Shown here in pieces: positions 1 through 9,403 of a DNA stretch of 59,145 nt (the stretch's first letter is position 1; the number at the start of each line of letters is the position of its first letter). Source of the stretch: a virus (taxonomy: Duplodnaviria > Caudoviricetes); the IMG/VR virus record IMGVR_UViG_3300017722_002103, positions 1-59,145 of that record; one strand, written 5' to 3'. The notes beneath the pieces were generated by a model, which ran no database searches, had not been told where the DNA came from, and saw nothing but the letters and a program-made list of their open reading frames with translations. The position numbers and the translations under genes are program-made.

Positions 1-255
1 GGGGGGGGGGGGGGGGGGTATACTAGAGTTAGACCCCTACCCCATTCCTAGAAAAAGCAAATCGCTCAAATTTGAGCAATGGTATTTCGCCAAAAATAAA
101 ATCGCTGTTGCGTTCCGTTTTGTGTTCGGGCTAGCAATTCGCCGCGACCTGAACCGACTGCGAACGACGCCCCGCCAAAAGCGGGAGCGGGCATTGCGAG
201 ACGATTTCGATCACCGGCCTATGCCGGGATACTTGCGTCAGCCGGGAGGCGGCGC

Positions 256-834
256 ATGAAGCGACACGCAACAGCCCCTGTCCGATCGCCAACGGCTAGG
301 GCCGTTCCCGTTCGGCAATCGCCGACGAAAAAGCCCGAGCCGATCCCGCAAGACCGGGAACGCCCTTGGACCGAAGCGGAGGTTCGAAACCTTCGGAAGC
401 ACATTGGCGACGGTCTGTCATACGGGCAGATTTGTCGCGAGCTTCCGGGCCGCACGCGGAACATGATCATCGGCAAATGCCGACGCCTTGGCATCCGCGA
501 AGTGATGACGCCAGAGGCTCGCCGGGCGCGAGCATCCCAACACATAAACGCAAAGAACTTCGCGGCGCGCATGCGTCGCGGCGCGGTCATCAGCACGGCG
601 CTGGATACGATCTTGCAGGCCAAGGCGACGCCGCTCGAAGCCTTGGGCGATCGCGGCTGCAAGTGGCCTATGGGCGATCCCAAGGCGACGGGCTTCGGGT
701 TCTGCGGATGCGAGCGCGTGAGAAAGGGCAACTATTGCGAGGCGCATATGCGCGTCGCATACGAGCCCGAAACGCCGCGCCGGAAGCGCGTCGAAAGGCT
801 CGCCGACGTGGTCGACGGCAAATGGGCAGCATAG
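256..834 (+). CDS. gcrA: GcrA-family cell-cycle/transcriptional regulator (phage homolog)
   Basis: N-terminal WTEAEVRNLRK..GLSYGQICRELPGRTRNMIIGKCRRLG matches the GcrA HTH (WTDERVE.LK.LW.EGLSASQIA..LGGVTRNAVIGKVHRLGL). C-terminal CKWPMGDP...FGFCG...YCEAHMRVAY matches the GcrA sigma-interacting domain. GGAGG RBS lies upstream. Confidence 0.9.
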   Translation: MKRHATAPVRSPTARAVPVRQSPTKKPEPIPQDRERPWTEAEVRNLRKHIGDGLSYGQICRELPGRTRNMIIGKCRRLGIREVMTPEARRARASQHINAKNFAARMRRGAVISTALDTILQAKATPLEALGDRGCKWPMGDPKATGFGFCGCERVRKGNYCEAHMRVAYEPETPRRKRVERLADVVDGKWAA

Positions 835-845
835 GGACAAGAGCG

Positions 846-1112
846 ATGATGGACGCACTAAACAAAAACCGGAAAATATACACCGAAGCGACGGCGGCTG
901 TTTCGCACCTGACGCTGAAGCGGATCGCGCACAAGGCGGAAGGCGCAAGGATCGACGCCGCGCTTGCCAAGGCGAGCGCGGACGCAGAAAAAGCCCTGTC
1001 CGCTATCGAAGCGGCGGAAAGCATGCCGATCGCGCCAGAGGCGCAGCCAGAGGCGATTGAACGGCATTTTCAGAATGGTCGACCGATCGACGAAGAGCAG
1101 CCGCAGCCGTAA
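846..1112 (+). CDS. hypothetical coiled-coil protein
   Basis: 3' part of ORF 366..1112 from ATG 846, directly after the gcrA stop; phage-like codon usage. Confidence 0.6.
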   Translation: MMDALNKNRKIYTEATAAVSHLTLKRIAHKAEGARIDAALAKASADAEKALSAIEAAESMPIAPEAQPEAIERHFQNGRPIDEEQPQP

Positions 1113-1244
1113 GCTTGCGCCAGTAGGCGAAACGGTTTCGAAATGCGGCGGCGGTGGTTCCGCGCAATCGACCGGGCGACAAGGCAACCCCCAACCCAGC
1201 CCGCCCCGCCCGGTCGATTGTCCAGCATTTCGGGGAGCCCGAAG

Positions 1245-1886
1245 TTGAGTAACCCAGTAACGACGGCGGGAAGCTCGCCGGGCGACAAGCCGAAGACGCC
1301 AAAATTCGACGCGCTGTCCGATCGACGGAAGCGTTTCGTCGAAGAATACATGATCACGCTCAACGCAACGCGGGCCGCGCTAGCGGCTGGCTATAGCCCT
1401 GACACCGCGCGGTCGCAGGGCTCGCGCCTGTTGACTTTTGTCGACATTGGCGAGGCCATTTCCGAACTTGCTTCCATACGCACGGGGCTGTCAAAGGTTT
1501 GGGTTCTGGATCAAATCGCGCAGGATGCGCAGACGGGCCTAGGCAATTTTGCGGAATGGGACGCCGCTGGAAATCTGACGATGAAGGCTTCGGATGAACT
1601 CACCGAAGAGCAACGCCTTCGTATAAATATCAAGCGGACTTGGGGTAAGTCGCCATCGCTCGAAGTGAAGCTTGTCGATCGTCAAGCGGCGCTGTTCAAG
1701 CTCGCCGAAGTCTTCGGCCTGACGAAGCAACCGGCGCAAGTCGGCGGCGACATCAATATCGGGCAAGCCGTCTTCGTTCGCGCGCCTGTCGCCTCTCGCG
1801 AAGATTGGGAAAAGCAAATGCGCGAACTCAACGAAGAGCGCGCGCGACAGGATGCGGGATTGATTGAGGGCAAGGTTATTAAGTGA
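1245..1886 (+). CDS. terS: terminase small subunit
   Basis: KRFVEEYMITLNATRAALAAGYSPDTARSQGSRLL is the Terminase_2 HTH motif, and the ORF overlaps the terL start. Start taken as TTG 1245 after GGGGAG; the ORF is open from 1143. Confidence 0.85.
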   Translation: MSNPVTTAGSSPGDKPKTPKFDALSDRRKRFVEEYMITLNATRAALAAGYSPDTARSQGSRLLTFVDIGEAISELASIRTGLSKVWVLDQIAQDAQTGLGNFAEWDAAGNLTMKASDELTEEQRLRINIKRTWGKSPSLEVKLVDRQAALFKLAEVFGLTKQPAQVGGDINIGQAVFVRAPVASREDWEKQMRELNEERARQDAGLIEGKVIK

Positions 1887-3457
1887 GCGCCGCAGTCACG
1901 AACCTTTCCGCGTGGAAGGCGTTCAAGGAAAAGCAGGCGAACAAGATCGCACCGGCTCCCGAGCCGAAGACGCTCGAAGCGCCGCGCGAAATCGTCCCGA
2001 TGTTCAAGACCGATACAGGCTTGATCGTTGACGAAGTCTGGACGCCGACCTTTGTGCAACTTCGATTGATTGGCTGTCCTGCGTTTGAGTTGCTCGCGTG
2101 GGGCAACCGTGGCGGCGGCAAATCCGATTGGCTTCTCGCCGACTTCTGCAACGATGTAAAAACGGGCCTAGGCGCAGATTGGCGCGGGCTTATCCTGCGT
2201 CGCGAATACAAAGACCTTGCAGACATCGTCGAGCGCTCAAAAAAGCGCATTCCGAAATTGTTCCCCGGCGCGAAATTCAACGGAAGCCCCGAGGCGCTAG
2301 GGTGGACCTTTCCCGATGGCGCGAAGCTTCTGTTCAGGCATGCGAAGCGCCCCGCCGATATTAGCCAGTATCTCGGGCAAGAATGGCCGTGGCTTGGCTT
2401 CGACGAATTGTGCAACTGGTCCGATCCGGGCCTTTACTTCGATATCATGTCTTGCGTTCGATCGTCGAACCCGAACGTTCGCCCGCGCGTTCGCGCCGCG
2501 ACTAACCCTTGGGGGCCGGGCGCATGGTGGGTGAAGGAGCGGTTCATAGATGCGGGCAAGCAGGGCGAGCTAATCGAGGAAAGCCGCGAAATCAATTTCG
2601 GCACGTTCTCGCGCACGTTCAAAATTTCGCGCACGCACCTTCGAATGGATTTCCGCGATAACGATTACATGATGCGGGCCGATCCCTCCTACCTCGCCCG
2701 GATCATGCCAAGCGACAAAGCCAAGCGCATGGCGTGGATCGAAGGCAAATGGGATTTGTCTGTCGGCGGTTTCTTCTCTGGCGTCTGGTCAAACGAAACG
2801 CACGTAATCAAACCGTTTCGAATTCCGCAGGGATGGCGCGTCGATCGCGCTCACGATTGGGGAGCGGCGTCGCCACATTGCACGCTCTATTTTGCCGAGA
2901 GCGACGGAAGCGAAGTCGAAATCGATGACGGCGTTTGGTATCGCTTCCCGAAAGGAACGCTCTTCGTCATCGCGGAAATTTACGGATGGAACGGCGAGCC
3001 GAACAAGGGTCGACGCGACACTGACGGCGAGATTGCGCGCGACATCAAAGCGATGGACAGAACCGTTCAGAACTTTCACGCGTGCAAGGTCATGCGCGGC
3101 CCTGCCGATACGCAGATTTTCAACGCACCGCAGGGCAAGGCGATTATCGACACGTATCGAAGCGAGCTTGTCGACTTCGACGAAGCGGACAAGTCGCCCG
3201 GCTCGCGCATCACTGGCGCGAAGAACGTGATCGACAGAATGGTTTCATCGGAACCGTTCGCCGAAGGTCGACCGATGGAAGCGCCGGGGCTGTTCGTGTT
3301 CTCCACATGCAAGCACGTTATACGAACTGTTCCGAAGCTTCAGCGCGACGAAAAGAAACCCGACGACGTTGACACGGACGGCGAAGATCATGCGTATGAC
3401 CCGATCAGGTATCGATGCCTTGCCGAGCGAAAAGGCTTGATGCTGGGGAAAATGTAG
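1883..3457 (+). CDS. terL: terminase large subunit
   Basis: Walker A GNRGGGKS, Walker B LGFDEL, ATNPWGPG coupling motif, RNase-H nuclease DWG and C-terminal EDHAYDPIRY. Confidence 0.95.
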   Translation: MSAAVTNLSAWKAFKEKQANKIAPAPEPKTLEAPREIVPMFKTDTGLIVDEVWTPTFVQLRLIGCPAFELLAWGNRGGGKSDWLLADFCNDVKTGLGADWRGLILRREYKDLADIVERSKKRIPKLFPGAKFNGSPEALGWTFPDGAKLLFRHAKRPADISQYLGQEWPWLGFDELCNWSDPGLYFDIMSCVRSSNPNVRPRVRAATNPWGPGAWWVKERFIDAGKQGELIEESREINFGTFSRTFKISRTHLRMDFRDNDYMMRADPSYLARIMPSDKAKRMAWIEGKWDLSVGGFFSGVWSNETHVIKPFRIPQGWRVDRAHDWGAASPHCTLYFAESDGSEVEIDDGVWYRFPKGTLFVIAEIYGWNGEPNKGRRDTDGEIARDIKAMDRTVQNFHACKVMRGPADTQIFNAPQGKAIIDTYRSELVDFDEADKSPGSRITGAKNVIDRMVSSEPFAEGRPMEAPGLFVFSTCKHVIRTVPKLQRDEKKPDDVDTDGEDHAYDPIRYRCLAERKGLMLGKM

Positions 3458-3466
3458 GGGGCTCGC

Positions 3467-3721
3467 ATGCCGCGCGAAATCGATTTTCGCTCGAAGGATA
3501 TTCTCTTCGATCCGCCTGACCTGACGAACCCGCTCGAATGGCCGACCCTGCTTAAGATCGCGCTGGATGGCGGATCGCTCGAAGTCAGGGAGGGGCTAGA
3601 CGGAAGCGTTTCAATCCGATCGGAAACAATCAACGGAGGGCGCGCGGATGTGACCTGCACGCTGAACCCGCATGAGCGATATGAACTCGCTCGCATGCTG
3701 TCGAAGGGGATACGCAAATGA
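3467..3721 (+). CDS. hypothetical protein
   Basis: 84-aa ORF tightly packed after terL. Confidence 0.6.
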   Translation: MPREIDFRSKDILFDPPDLTNPLEWPTLLKIALDGGSLEVREGLDGSVSIRSETINGGRADVTCTLNPHERYELARMLSKGIRK

Positions 3722-3903
3722 TCGCCGATCGCCTCGCCGAAGCTCACAAGATCGCAGCGGGCGCGACGGGTCGCCTGTCGATCGCCCTGTCGCGGCGCAA
3801 GTTGCAGCCTGATACGATCGACGCCGTCGCCGCTGATCTGCGTCGCGCGCTCGCGATCATCGAAACGCTCACGAACCCCAAGCGACCTTGGGAGCGCAAA
3901 TGA
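3718..3903 (+). CDS. hypothetical protein
   Basis: ATGA overlap with the previous gene. Confidence 0.55.
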   Translation: MIADRLAEAHKIAAGATGRLSIALSRRKLQPDTIDAVAADLRRALAIIETLTNPKRPWERK

Positions 3904-4040
3904 AGATCGCAAGGCAGGTTTTCGGTGCGATAGGCTTCGGGCTTGCGGGGCTATGGCTCTTCGGCGTCATGCTCAACCTCGCCATACTGGGCGCGACCTT
4001 GGGGGCCGCTGATCTATGGTCACTCTTTGAGCTTCACTAG
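3900..4040 (+). CDS. small membrane protein (46 aa)
   Basis: Hand-translated MKIARQVFGAIGFGLAGLWLFGVMLNLAILGATLGAADLWSLFELH; ATGA overlap; hydrophobic. Confidence 0.5.
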   Translation: MKIARQVFGAIGFGLAGLWLFGVMLNLAILGATLGAADLWSLFELH

Positions 4041-4102
4041 GGCCGGTTTGCGCGCCCGGCGAAACAGCCTAACCACTGTCCGCTAATCCCTAGAGGGCGC
4101 GC

Positions 4103-5659
4103 ATGGCAACCGGCGACAAGCTGAAAGACCCGACGAAGAAATCGGCTTACGCCGAAATGATGACGTCGCGATGGGCGCTCGCCGACGCGCTTATGGGCGG
4201 ATCGGAAGCGATGCGCGGCGCGGGCGACGAATTCCTTCCCCGCCACAAAAACGAAGACGATGACGAATACGCGAACCGCCTGTCGCGATCGTTCTTGTTG
4301 CCGGTCTTCGCGCAATCGGTCGAGAACCTTACGGATACGGTCTTCAGCCAGCCGATGAAATGGTCGGACGCGATCGACGACGATCTTTCGGACATGCTCG
4401 AAGAGATCGACGCCGAAGGGAACGACATCGAACTTTTCGCGAAGCAAATGCTCGCGCTCGCGATGGCGAAGGGCGAAGTTTATGTGATCTGCGACGCGCC
4501 TGAACTGCCTAAGCCGGAAGTCGATGGCGCTCCCGTGTCACTGGCTGACGTGCGTCGCACGATGGGCGGCGGGCGTCCCTACCTCGCCCTGATCAGCGCC
4601 GACAATATGCTCGACTACAAAGTAACGAAGCGAAACGGTCGCGTCTTCTGCACATATGCGCGATGGTATGAAACAGAATGGATCGAAGACGTCGACGATT
4701 TCGGCGACTTCATGGTCGAGCGTGTCTTCGAATGGCGGATCGAAGAGAACGCCGCAACGTGGAAGCGTTTCGAACGCGAAAGCGGCACGACGGAATGGCT
4801 CGAAGACGACGGCGTGCTCGACATCGCTTGGGAGGGTAAGCCGATCCTCCCGATCAGCAGATATCGGATCGGCGGCGTTGACAGTTATGGTCGTTTGCTC
4901 CCGCCATTAAACGGGCTCGCCGAAAAGAACGTCGAGCACTGGCAATCATCGTCTGATCAACGCGCGATCCTGACAGTGTCTCGCTTCCCGATGCTTGGCG
5001 GCTCTGGCGTCGACCCCGAGACGCTGGAAAAAGACCCGAGCGGAAAGCATGTCGTCATCGGGCCAAACGTCACGATGTTTTCGCGCGATCCCCAATCCGA
5101 ATTTTACTACATCGAACCGCAGGGAACGGCGATCGCGGCGGGCGAGAAGGATTTGGACCGGCTCGAAAAAGACATGTCGGTTCTCGCCTATCAACCGCTG
5201 ATGAGGCAGCAGGCGGGCGTTACCGCGACGAAGGATGCGCTTGGACAGAACAAGGCGAACTCTTCCCTGCAAGCATGGTCGATCGCCCTAGGGCTCGCGC
5301 TCGACGTCGCGGTCGAATTCCTGTCGATCTGGAAACGGCGCGAGCCTCCCGAGACAAGCTTCGCGCCTAACACCGAATTCGGGATCGACACCGTTGATCA
5401 GGTTCGCGTCACAGCGCTTCAAGCCATGCGCAACGGCGGTGATCTTTCTCGTCCGCAATTCATCGCACAGATGCGGGGCGAAGGAATTCTCGACGGCGAC
5501 TTCGACGCCGAAGCGAACGACGCGGAACTCGAAAGCGAGGGACCGGCGATCACAGCCGACCCGGCGACAGGGCTCCCGGTTCAGGTTCCGGGCCTGCCGA
5601 ATATGGACCCGCCTATTCCCGCGCCCGCTTCTCCGCCACCTAACCCGAGGGCCGCTTAA
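4103..5659 (+). CDS. portal protein (DUF4055/SPP1-like type)
   Basis: Position after terminase, 518 aa; motifs LMGGSEAMRGAG.EFLPR..NE..DEY.NRL and PPL.GLAEKNVEHWQSSSD. Confidence 0.9.
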   Translation: MATGDKLKDPTKKSAYAEMMTSRWALADALMGGSEAMRGAGDEFLPRHKNEDDDEYANRLSRSFLLPVFAQSVENLTDTVFSQPMKWSDAIDDDLSDMLEEIDAEGNDIELFAKQMLALAMAKGEVYVICDAPELPKPEVDGAPVSLADVRRTMGGGRPYLALISADNMLDYKVTKRNGRVFCTYARWYETEWIEDVDDFGDFMVERVFEWRIEENAATWKRFERESGTTEWLEDDGVLDIAWEGKPILPISRYRIGGVDSYGRLLPPLNGLAEKNVEHWQSSSDQRAILTVSRFPMLGGSGVDPETLEKDPSGKHVVIGPNVTMFSRDPQSEFYYIEPQGTAIAAGEKDLDRLEKDMSVLAYQPLMRQQAGVTATKDALGQNKANSSLQAWSIALGLALDVAVEFLSIWKRREPPETSFAPNTEFGIDTVDQVRVTALQAMRNGGDLSRPQFIAQMRGEGILDGDFDAEANDAELESEGPAITADPATGLPVQVPGLPNMDPPIPAPASPPPNPRAA

Positions 5660-6135
5660 TGCCGATGAAGCCAGCGATCAAAGCGCCGCCGCTTGAACTC
5701 TCAAAGCCGCTTACGCCGAAAGAGCGGATGAGGATCGAAAACGAAGAGGCCGCACGACGCGCCAGCGTGGGCGCTGATGCGGCTAGGGCCGAGACGGTAG
5801 CCAAGGGGCCGGGCAAGGGCGCGGGCGTCTTCAGCCGCTTGCGTGAGGTTCTGAAGGGGCCTGATAAAAGCTTCGAGGGATTGAGCCGGGCAGCGCACGA
5901 AGCGATCGCGGAAACGAAGTCGATCAAATGGGTTTCGGCAAGCGATATGTGCGAAGAGCTTGAACACCTCGTCATGCACAAGTTGAACGTACAGCACGGC
6001 GTGACGATCGCGTTCGTCGGATGTCATAGCGAAGACATGACGGCGCGGCTGTTGATCCGAACGGATTGGCATTGGCGTCTGGCGATCAAGGGGACAACGT
6101 CGTTCGGCGCGTGGCCCGCCCCGGCACGCAACTAA
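5659..6135 (+). CDS. hypothetical protein
   Basis: ORF abutting the portal stop. Confidence 0.6.
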   Translation: MPMKPAIKAPPLELSKPLTPKERMRIENEEAARRASVGADAARAETVAKGPGKGAGVFSRLREVLKGPDKSFEGLSRAAHEAIAETKSIKWVSASDMCEELEHLVMHKLNVQHGVTIAFVGCHSEDMTARLLIRTDWHWRLAIKGTTSFGAWPAPARN

Positions 6136-6163
6136 CCGGGGCCAATACGGAAGGGTTTCATCT

Positions 6164-6304
6164 ATGGGCGAGATTGTATTTCTGGCGATCGGCGTCGTAA
6201 TTGGCGCGGCGTTTTACGCCGTGATCAGGCCGACGATCCGCAAGCTTTCGGGCGGGACGTTCTTCACCGAAGGCGAAGGCAAGCCCCCGACGCCGGGCGC
6301 GTAG
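6164..6304 (+). CDS. small single-pass membrane protein (46 aa)
   Basis: Hand-translated MGEIVFLAIGVVIGAAFYAVIRPTIRKLSGG...; fills the gap before muF. Confidence 0.5.
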   Translation: MGEIVFLAIGVVIGAAFYAVIRPTIRKLSGGTFFTEGEGKPPTPGA

Positions 6305-6307
6305 TTC

Positions 6308-8212
6308 ATGGCTCGCGGGCCGCGCAAGACACAATCTAATCAGGAAGCCCGTGATGCGATCGCGCGAACCATTTCGCGCGATCGCTACGCTTCCGATGTG
6401 AACGCGCGCGTCTTGCGGCTCTTGCTTGATCTTGAGCGCGACACTGTCGCGAAGCTCGCCGACTTCGATCCGTCTGACGGGAAGCGCGTTCGCGAGCGCC
6501 TCGAAAAACTGAAAAAGGAAGTCGCCGACGAAATTACCGCCCGTTACGATCGCGTCCGCAAGGAAGCGACCGGCGAGCTTCCGAAGCTCGCCGAAAACGA
6601 AGCGCGCTGGAAAGAGGCGAGCTTGCAGCGATCAGTTGACGGGACTGGAGCCGATATCACGATCGCGCTCGCGCCGAATTCCGTTCTCGAAGCGCTTGTC
6701 GATCAGCCTGTCGTGCTTGGCGCGGTCGCCGCTGATTTCTGGAAGGCTGAAGGCCAAGCCCTGTCCGATAATTTCGCGCGTCAGATGCAAATCGGCGTAG
6801 CATCCGGCGAGAACATCGGACAGCTAATCGCGCGCGTGAAGGGGACGCGAGCGAAGAACTATTCTGACGGCATCATGGCCGTGTCGCGTCGCAACGCTGA
6901 AAGCCTTGTTCGAACGTCTGTCACGTCCGTCGCCAACGAAGCGCAAATGGCCGTGTTCAGGCAGAACGCCGACGTCGTCGAAGGCTTGCAGCATGTCGCC
7001 GTGCTCGACAGTCGCACGACGCTGATATGTTCAGGTCGGCATGGCCTGACGTGGCGGCTCGACAACTTCGATCCGGTCAATCACGCGACGCCGTTTCGCC
7101 AACCCGCTTTGCACTGGCGTTGTCGATCGATCATTTCGAGCGTGCTTGATCTTGAGAACCCGCCCGCCTTGTCGCCTGACTTCAAGACTTACTTCGACGG
7201 CATGCCTCCCGAAGAGCAAGGGAAGGTCTTCGGCGTTGGCCGGGCCGCGCTCTTTCGCGAAGGTCGCATCAGCCAGAAGGATTTGCTTTCGACGAACGGC
7301 TCGCCGCTTTCGCTAGAGCAGCTTGTTGATCAGCACGGCCCGCCATCAGGATCGAAGGGGCCGAACCTGAAAGAAATGCTCGACAAGGATTGGGGGAGCG
7401 TCACGATGGAAGACGTTTTGACAAACCGAGAATTCGTCCTAGCGGAGCGCCGCGCGCTCGCGATGAAGCAGACGATCGAAGACGAAGACAATTTCCCGGT
7501 TGATTACTTCTCGACGCGGCGATATGCGAAGATCGACCCCAAAGTCGGCAAACCGACGCCGGGCGATCCGTATGAAACGAACATCAATGAAACGCTTTCA
7601 AACATCAGGAAGCGGGGCGAGCATTTCGCCGGGCCGGAAGGTCCGCTATTCGAGCGCAAGGCAACGATCGTTATCGGCCCGCCTGCCGCTGGCAAGTCGA
7701 CACTCGCCGAAGCCTTGTCCGTGAAGACGCGGTCGGCGATCGTCGACGTCGACGAAGCGAAGTGGTTCATGAAAGAGAACAACGGCGGCTTAGGCGCGTC
7801 GGCGGTTCACAACGAAAGCGCCATCCTCACGAAAAAGGCGTTCAAGAATGTTTATGCGGAGGGCATGAACGTCGTGCTTCCCAAAGTGGGCGGCAGCGTC
7901 AAGAGTATCGAGAAGGCTATCAGGGAACTTAAAGAAGCCGGATACGACGTCGATATCGTGAACCTCGCCGTCACTCAGAACGAAGCCGCGCGACGCATGG
8001 GCGCGCGCTTCGTTCATACGGGTCGATTGATCCCGAGCGAATTTTATCGATCGATCGGCGATGCGCCGACGAAGACTTACAACGTGGTCAAGAAATCGCG
8101 CGATGTGCGCTCATATGCAGAGGTCGACGTAAATGGCTCGCAAGGCGAAGAAAAAATCACCGAAGGCGGCGGGGCCGTCCTCGAATGGCTCAGAAAGATT
8201 TACGGGGGCTAG
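6308..8212 (+). CDS. MuF/SPP1 gp7-like head morphogenesis protein fused to a C-terminal zeta-toxin-like P-loop kinase
   Basis: MuF motifs AESLVRTSV, AVLDSRTTLIC..RHG and PALHWRCRS. The C-terminal domain has GPPAAGKST, DVDEAK, VHNES and LKEAGYDV, typical of Zeta_toxin-family kinases. Confidence 0.85.
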   Translation: MARGPRKTQSNQEARDAIARTISRDRYASDVNARVLRLLLDLERDTVAKLADFDPSDGKRVRERLEKLKKEVADEITARYDRVRKEATGELPKLAENEARWKEASLQRSVDGTGADITIALAPNSVLEALVDQPVVLGAVAADFWKAEGQALSDNFARQMQIGVASGENIGQLIARVKGTRAKNYSDGIMAVSRRNAESLVRTSVTSVANEAQMAVFRQNADVVEGLQHVAVLDSRTTLICSGRHGLTWRLDNFDPVNHATPFRQPALHWRCRSIISSVLDLENPPALSPDFKTYFDGMPPEEQGKVFGVGRAALFREGRISQKDLLSTNGSPLSLEQLVDQHGPPSGSKGPNLKEMLDKDWGSVTMEDVLTNREFVLAERRALAMKQTIEDEDNFPVDYFSTRRYAKIDPKVGKPTPGDPYETNINETLSNIRKRGEHFAGPEGPLFERKATIVIGPPAAGKSTLAEALSVKTRSAIVDVDEAKWFMKENNGGLGASAVHNESAILTKKAFKNVYAEGMNVVLPKVGGSVKSIEKAIRELKEAGYDVDIVNLAVTQNEAARRMGARFVHTGRLIPSEFYRSIGDAPTKTYNVVKKSRDVRSYAEVDVNGSQGEEKITEGGGAVLEWLRKIYGG

Positions 8213-8339
8213 GACGCTCGAAGCGGTCGAGCGCGACGAAGAGGGCCTAGACCTTGCGATGGCCGGGAAGCCCTACCCCGGCGAAGACATGATGGACCGC
8301 GCTCTAGCTCACTTCAACGCCAACAATCCGAAGGTTTGA
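8133..8339 (+). CDS. small protein overlapping the muF 3' end; candidate immunity/antitoxin
   Basis: 68-aa ORF with GAGG upstream, between muF-toxin and scaffold. Function is inferred from position only. Confidence 0.45.
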   Translation: MARKAKKKSPKAAGPSSNGSERFTGARTLEAVERDEEGLDLAMAGKPYPGEDMMDRALAHFNANNPKV

Positions 8340-8408
8340 CGAAAAGCGCGAAACACCTTCGAACCCTTTGATCGCCCGGAAGCCGGGTTAATCAAATGGG
8401 AAGCCCAT

Positions 8409-9230
8409 ATGACACTTGCACAATTGCTCGCGGCCCTTGGCCTGACGTCGTCCGCCGAAATCGAGCAATCAATCGGAACCTACGTCGAAGCCCAAACGGC
8501 AGGGCTCAAAAGGAACCGGGACCAACTTTTCAACGATAACAAAAAACTCAAGGATCAAGTCGCCAAGCTTGGCGATCTGGACGTCGACGAATTCACGTCG
8601 ACGATTGCAGAGCTTGACCTAGACATGGCCGACGTCGTCGATCGCCTTCGACAGAAGCCTTCCGTTGATCCGAAGAACCCCGACGTCGCGAAGCAAATCG
8701 CGGACGCTGTCGCCGCAGCCGAAACCAAACTTCAACGCAAGATCACCGCAGCGGAGAAGAAAGCCGCCGACGCCGACATCGCGTTGCAGGCGGCGAACAA
8801 GGCTCGCGTCGATGAGACGATCGAACGCGCGCTGACGGGCGAACTCGCGACGCAGAAAGGCAACGTCGATCTTCTGTTGCCGATGCTGCGCGGGCGCGTG
8901 AAGGGCGAGATCGATCCCGATACGGGCAAAGTCAATTTGACGGTTCTCGCTGCGAACGGCGACGAAATGCAGGCCGCAGGCGGACAGGTGGCGAGCGTCA
9001 CGACGCTTGTTGAAACGATCAAGGCAGACGAACGCTTCGGCGCTGTCTTCGAGGCGGAAGGCGGCGGTTCTGGCGCGGGCGGATCGAAGACGCGCCCGAG
9101 CGCTAACACCGGCAAAAATCCGTATATCAAGGGCTCGCCTCACTACAGCCTGACGGAGCAAGCGAACTTGCGCGAGAAGAACCCCGCGCTCGCCGCTCAA
9201 TTGAAAGCTGCGGCAGAGCGCGCGGCATAG
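8409..9230 (+). CDS. capsid scaffolding protein
   Basis: Coiled-coil, GLKRNRDQL motif, GGGSGAGG linker and NPY..YSLTEQ C-terminus; directly upstream of the capsid gene. Confidence 0.8.
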   Translation: MTLAQLLAALGLTSSAEIEQSIGTYVEAQTAGLKRNRDQLFNDNKKLKDQVAKLGDLDVDEFTSTIAELDLDMADVVDRLRQKPSVDPKNPDVAKQIADAVAAAETKLQRKITAAEKKAADADIALQAANKARVDETIERALTGELATQKGNVDLLLPMLRGRVKGEIDPDTGKVNLTVLAANGDEMQAAGGQVASVTTLVETIKADERFGAVFEAEGGGSGAGGSKTRPSANTGKNPYIKGSPHYSLTEQANLREKNPALAAQLKAAAERAA

Positions 9231-9403
9231 GATCGAATACGCCGCTCTTGCAATAAGGCGAAACACCTTAGAGCGGGAGCAGCAAGGGCGGCGGGAAGCT
9301 CGCCGCCCGAAGACCTTCGAGCGCAAGGGGAGCCCTAGCGATCACCCGTCACGCCCCCGGTATGGGGCGCTTCGTTTGAAACGCTTTTGGAGCTTCGAGA
9401 AAC

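Noticed and set aside
1-18. Run of 18 G at the window start as a terminal structure or G-quadruplex
   Set aside because: It sits at the contig edge and is typical of two-colour sequencing or homopolymer assembly artefacts; it cannot be validated without reads
366-845. 5' extension of ORF 366..1112 and the many long antisense/alternate-frame ORFs in the track
   Set aside because: They overlap well-supported genes, are Arg/Ser/Pro-rich shadows typical of high-GC DNA and lack RBSs
9231-9403. tRNA or known riboswitch in the capsid leader
   Set aside because: No cloverleaf/T-loop or recognisable riboswitch consensus; kept only as a structured leader
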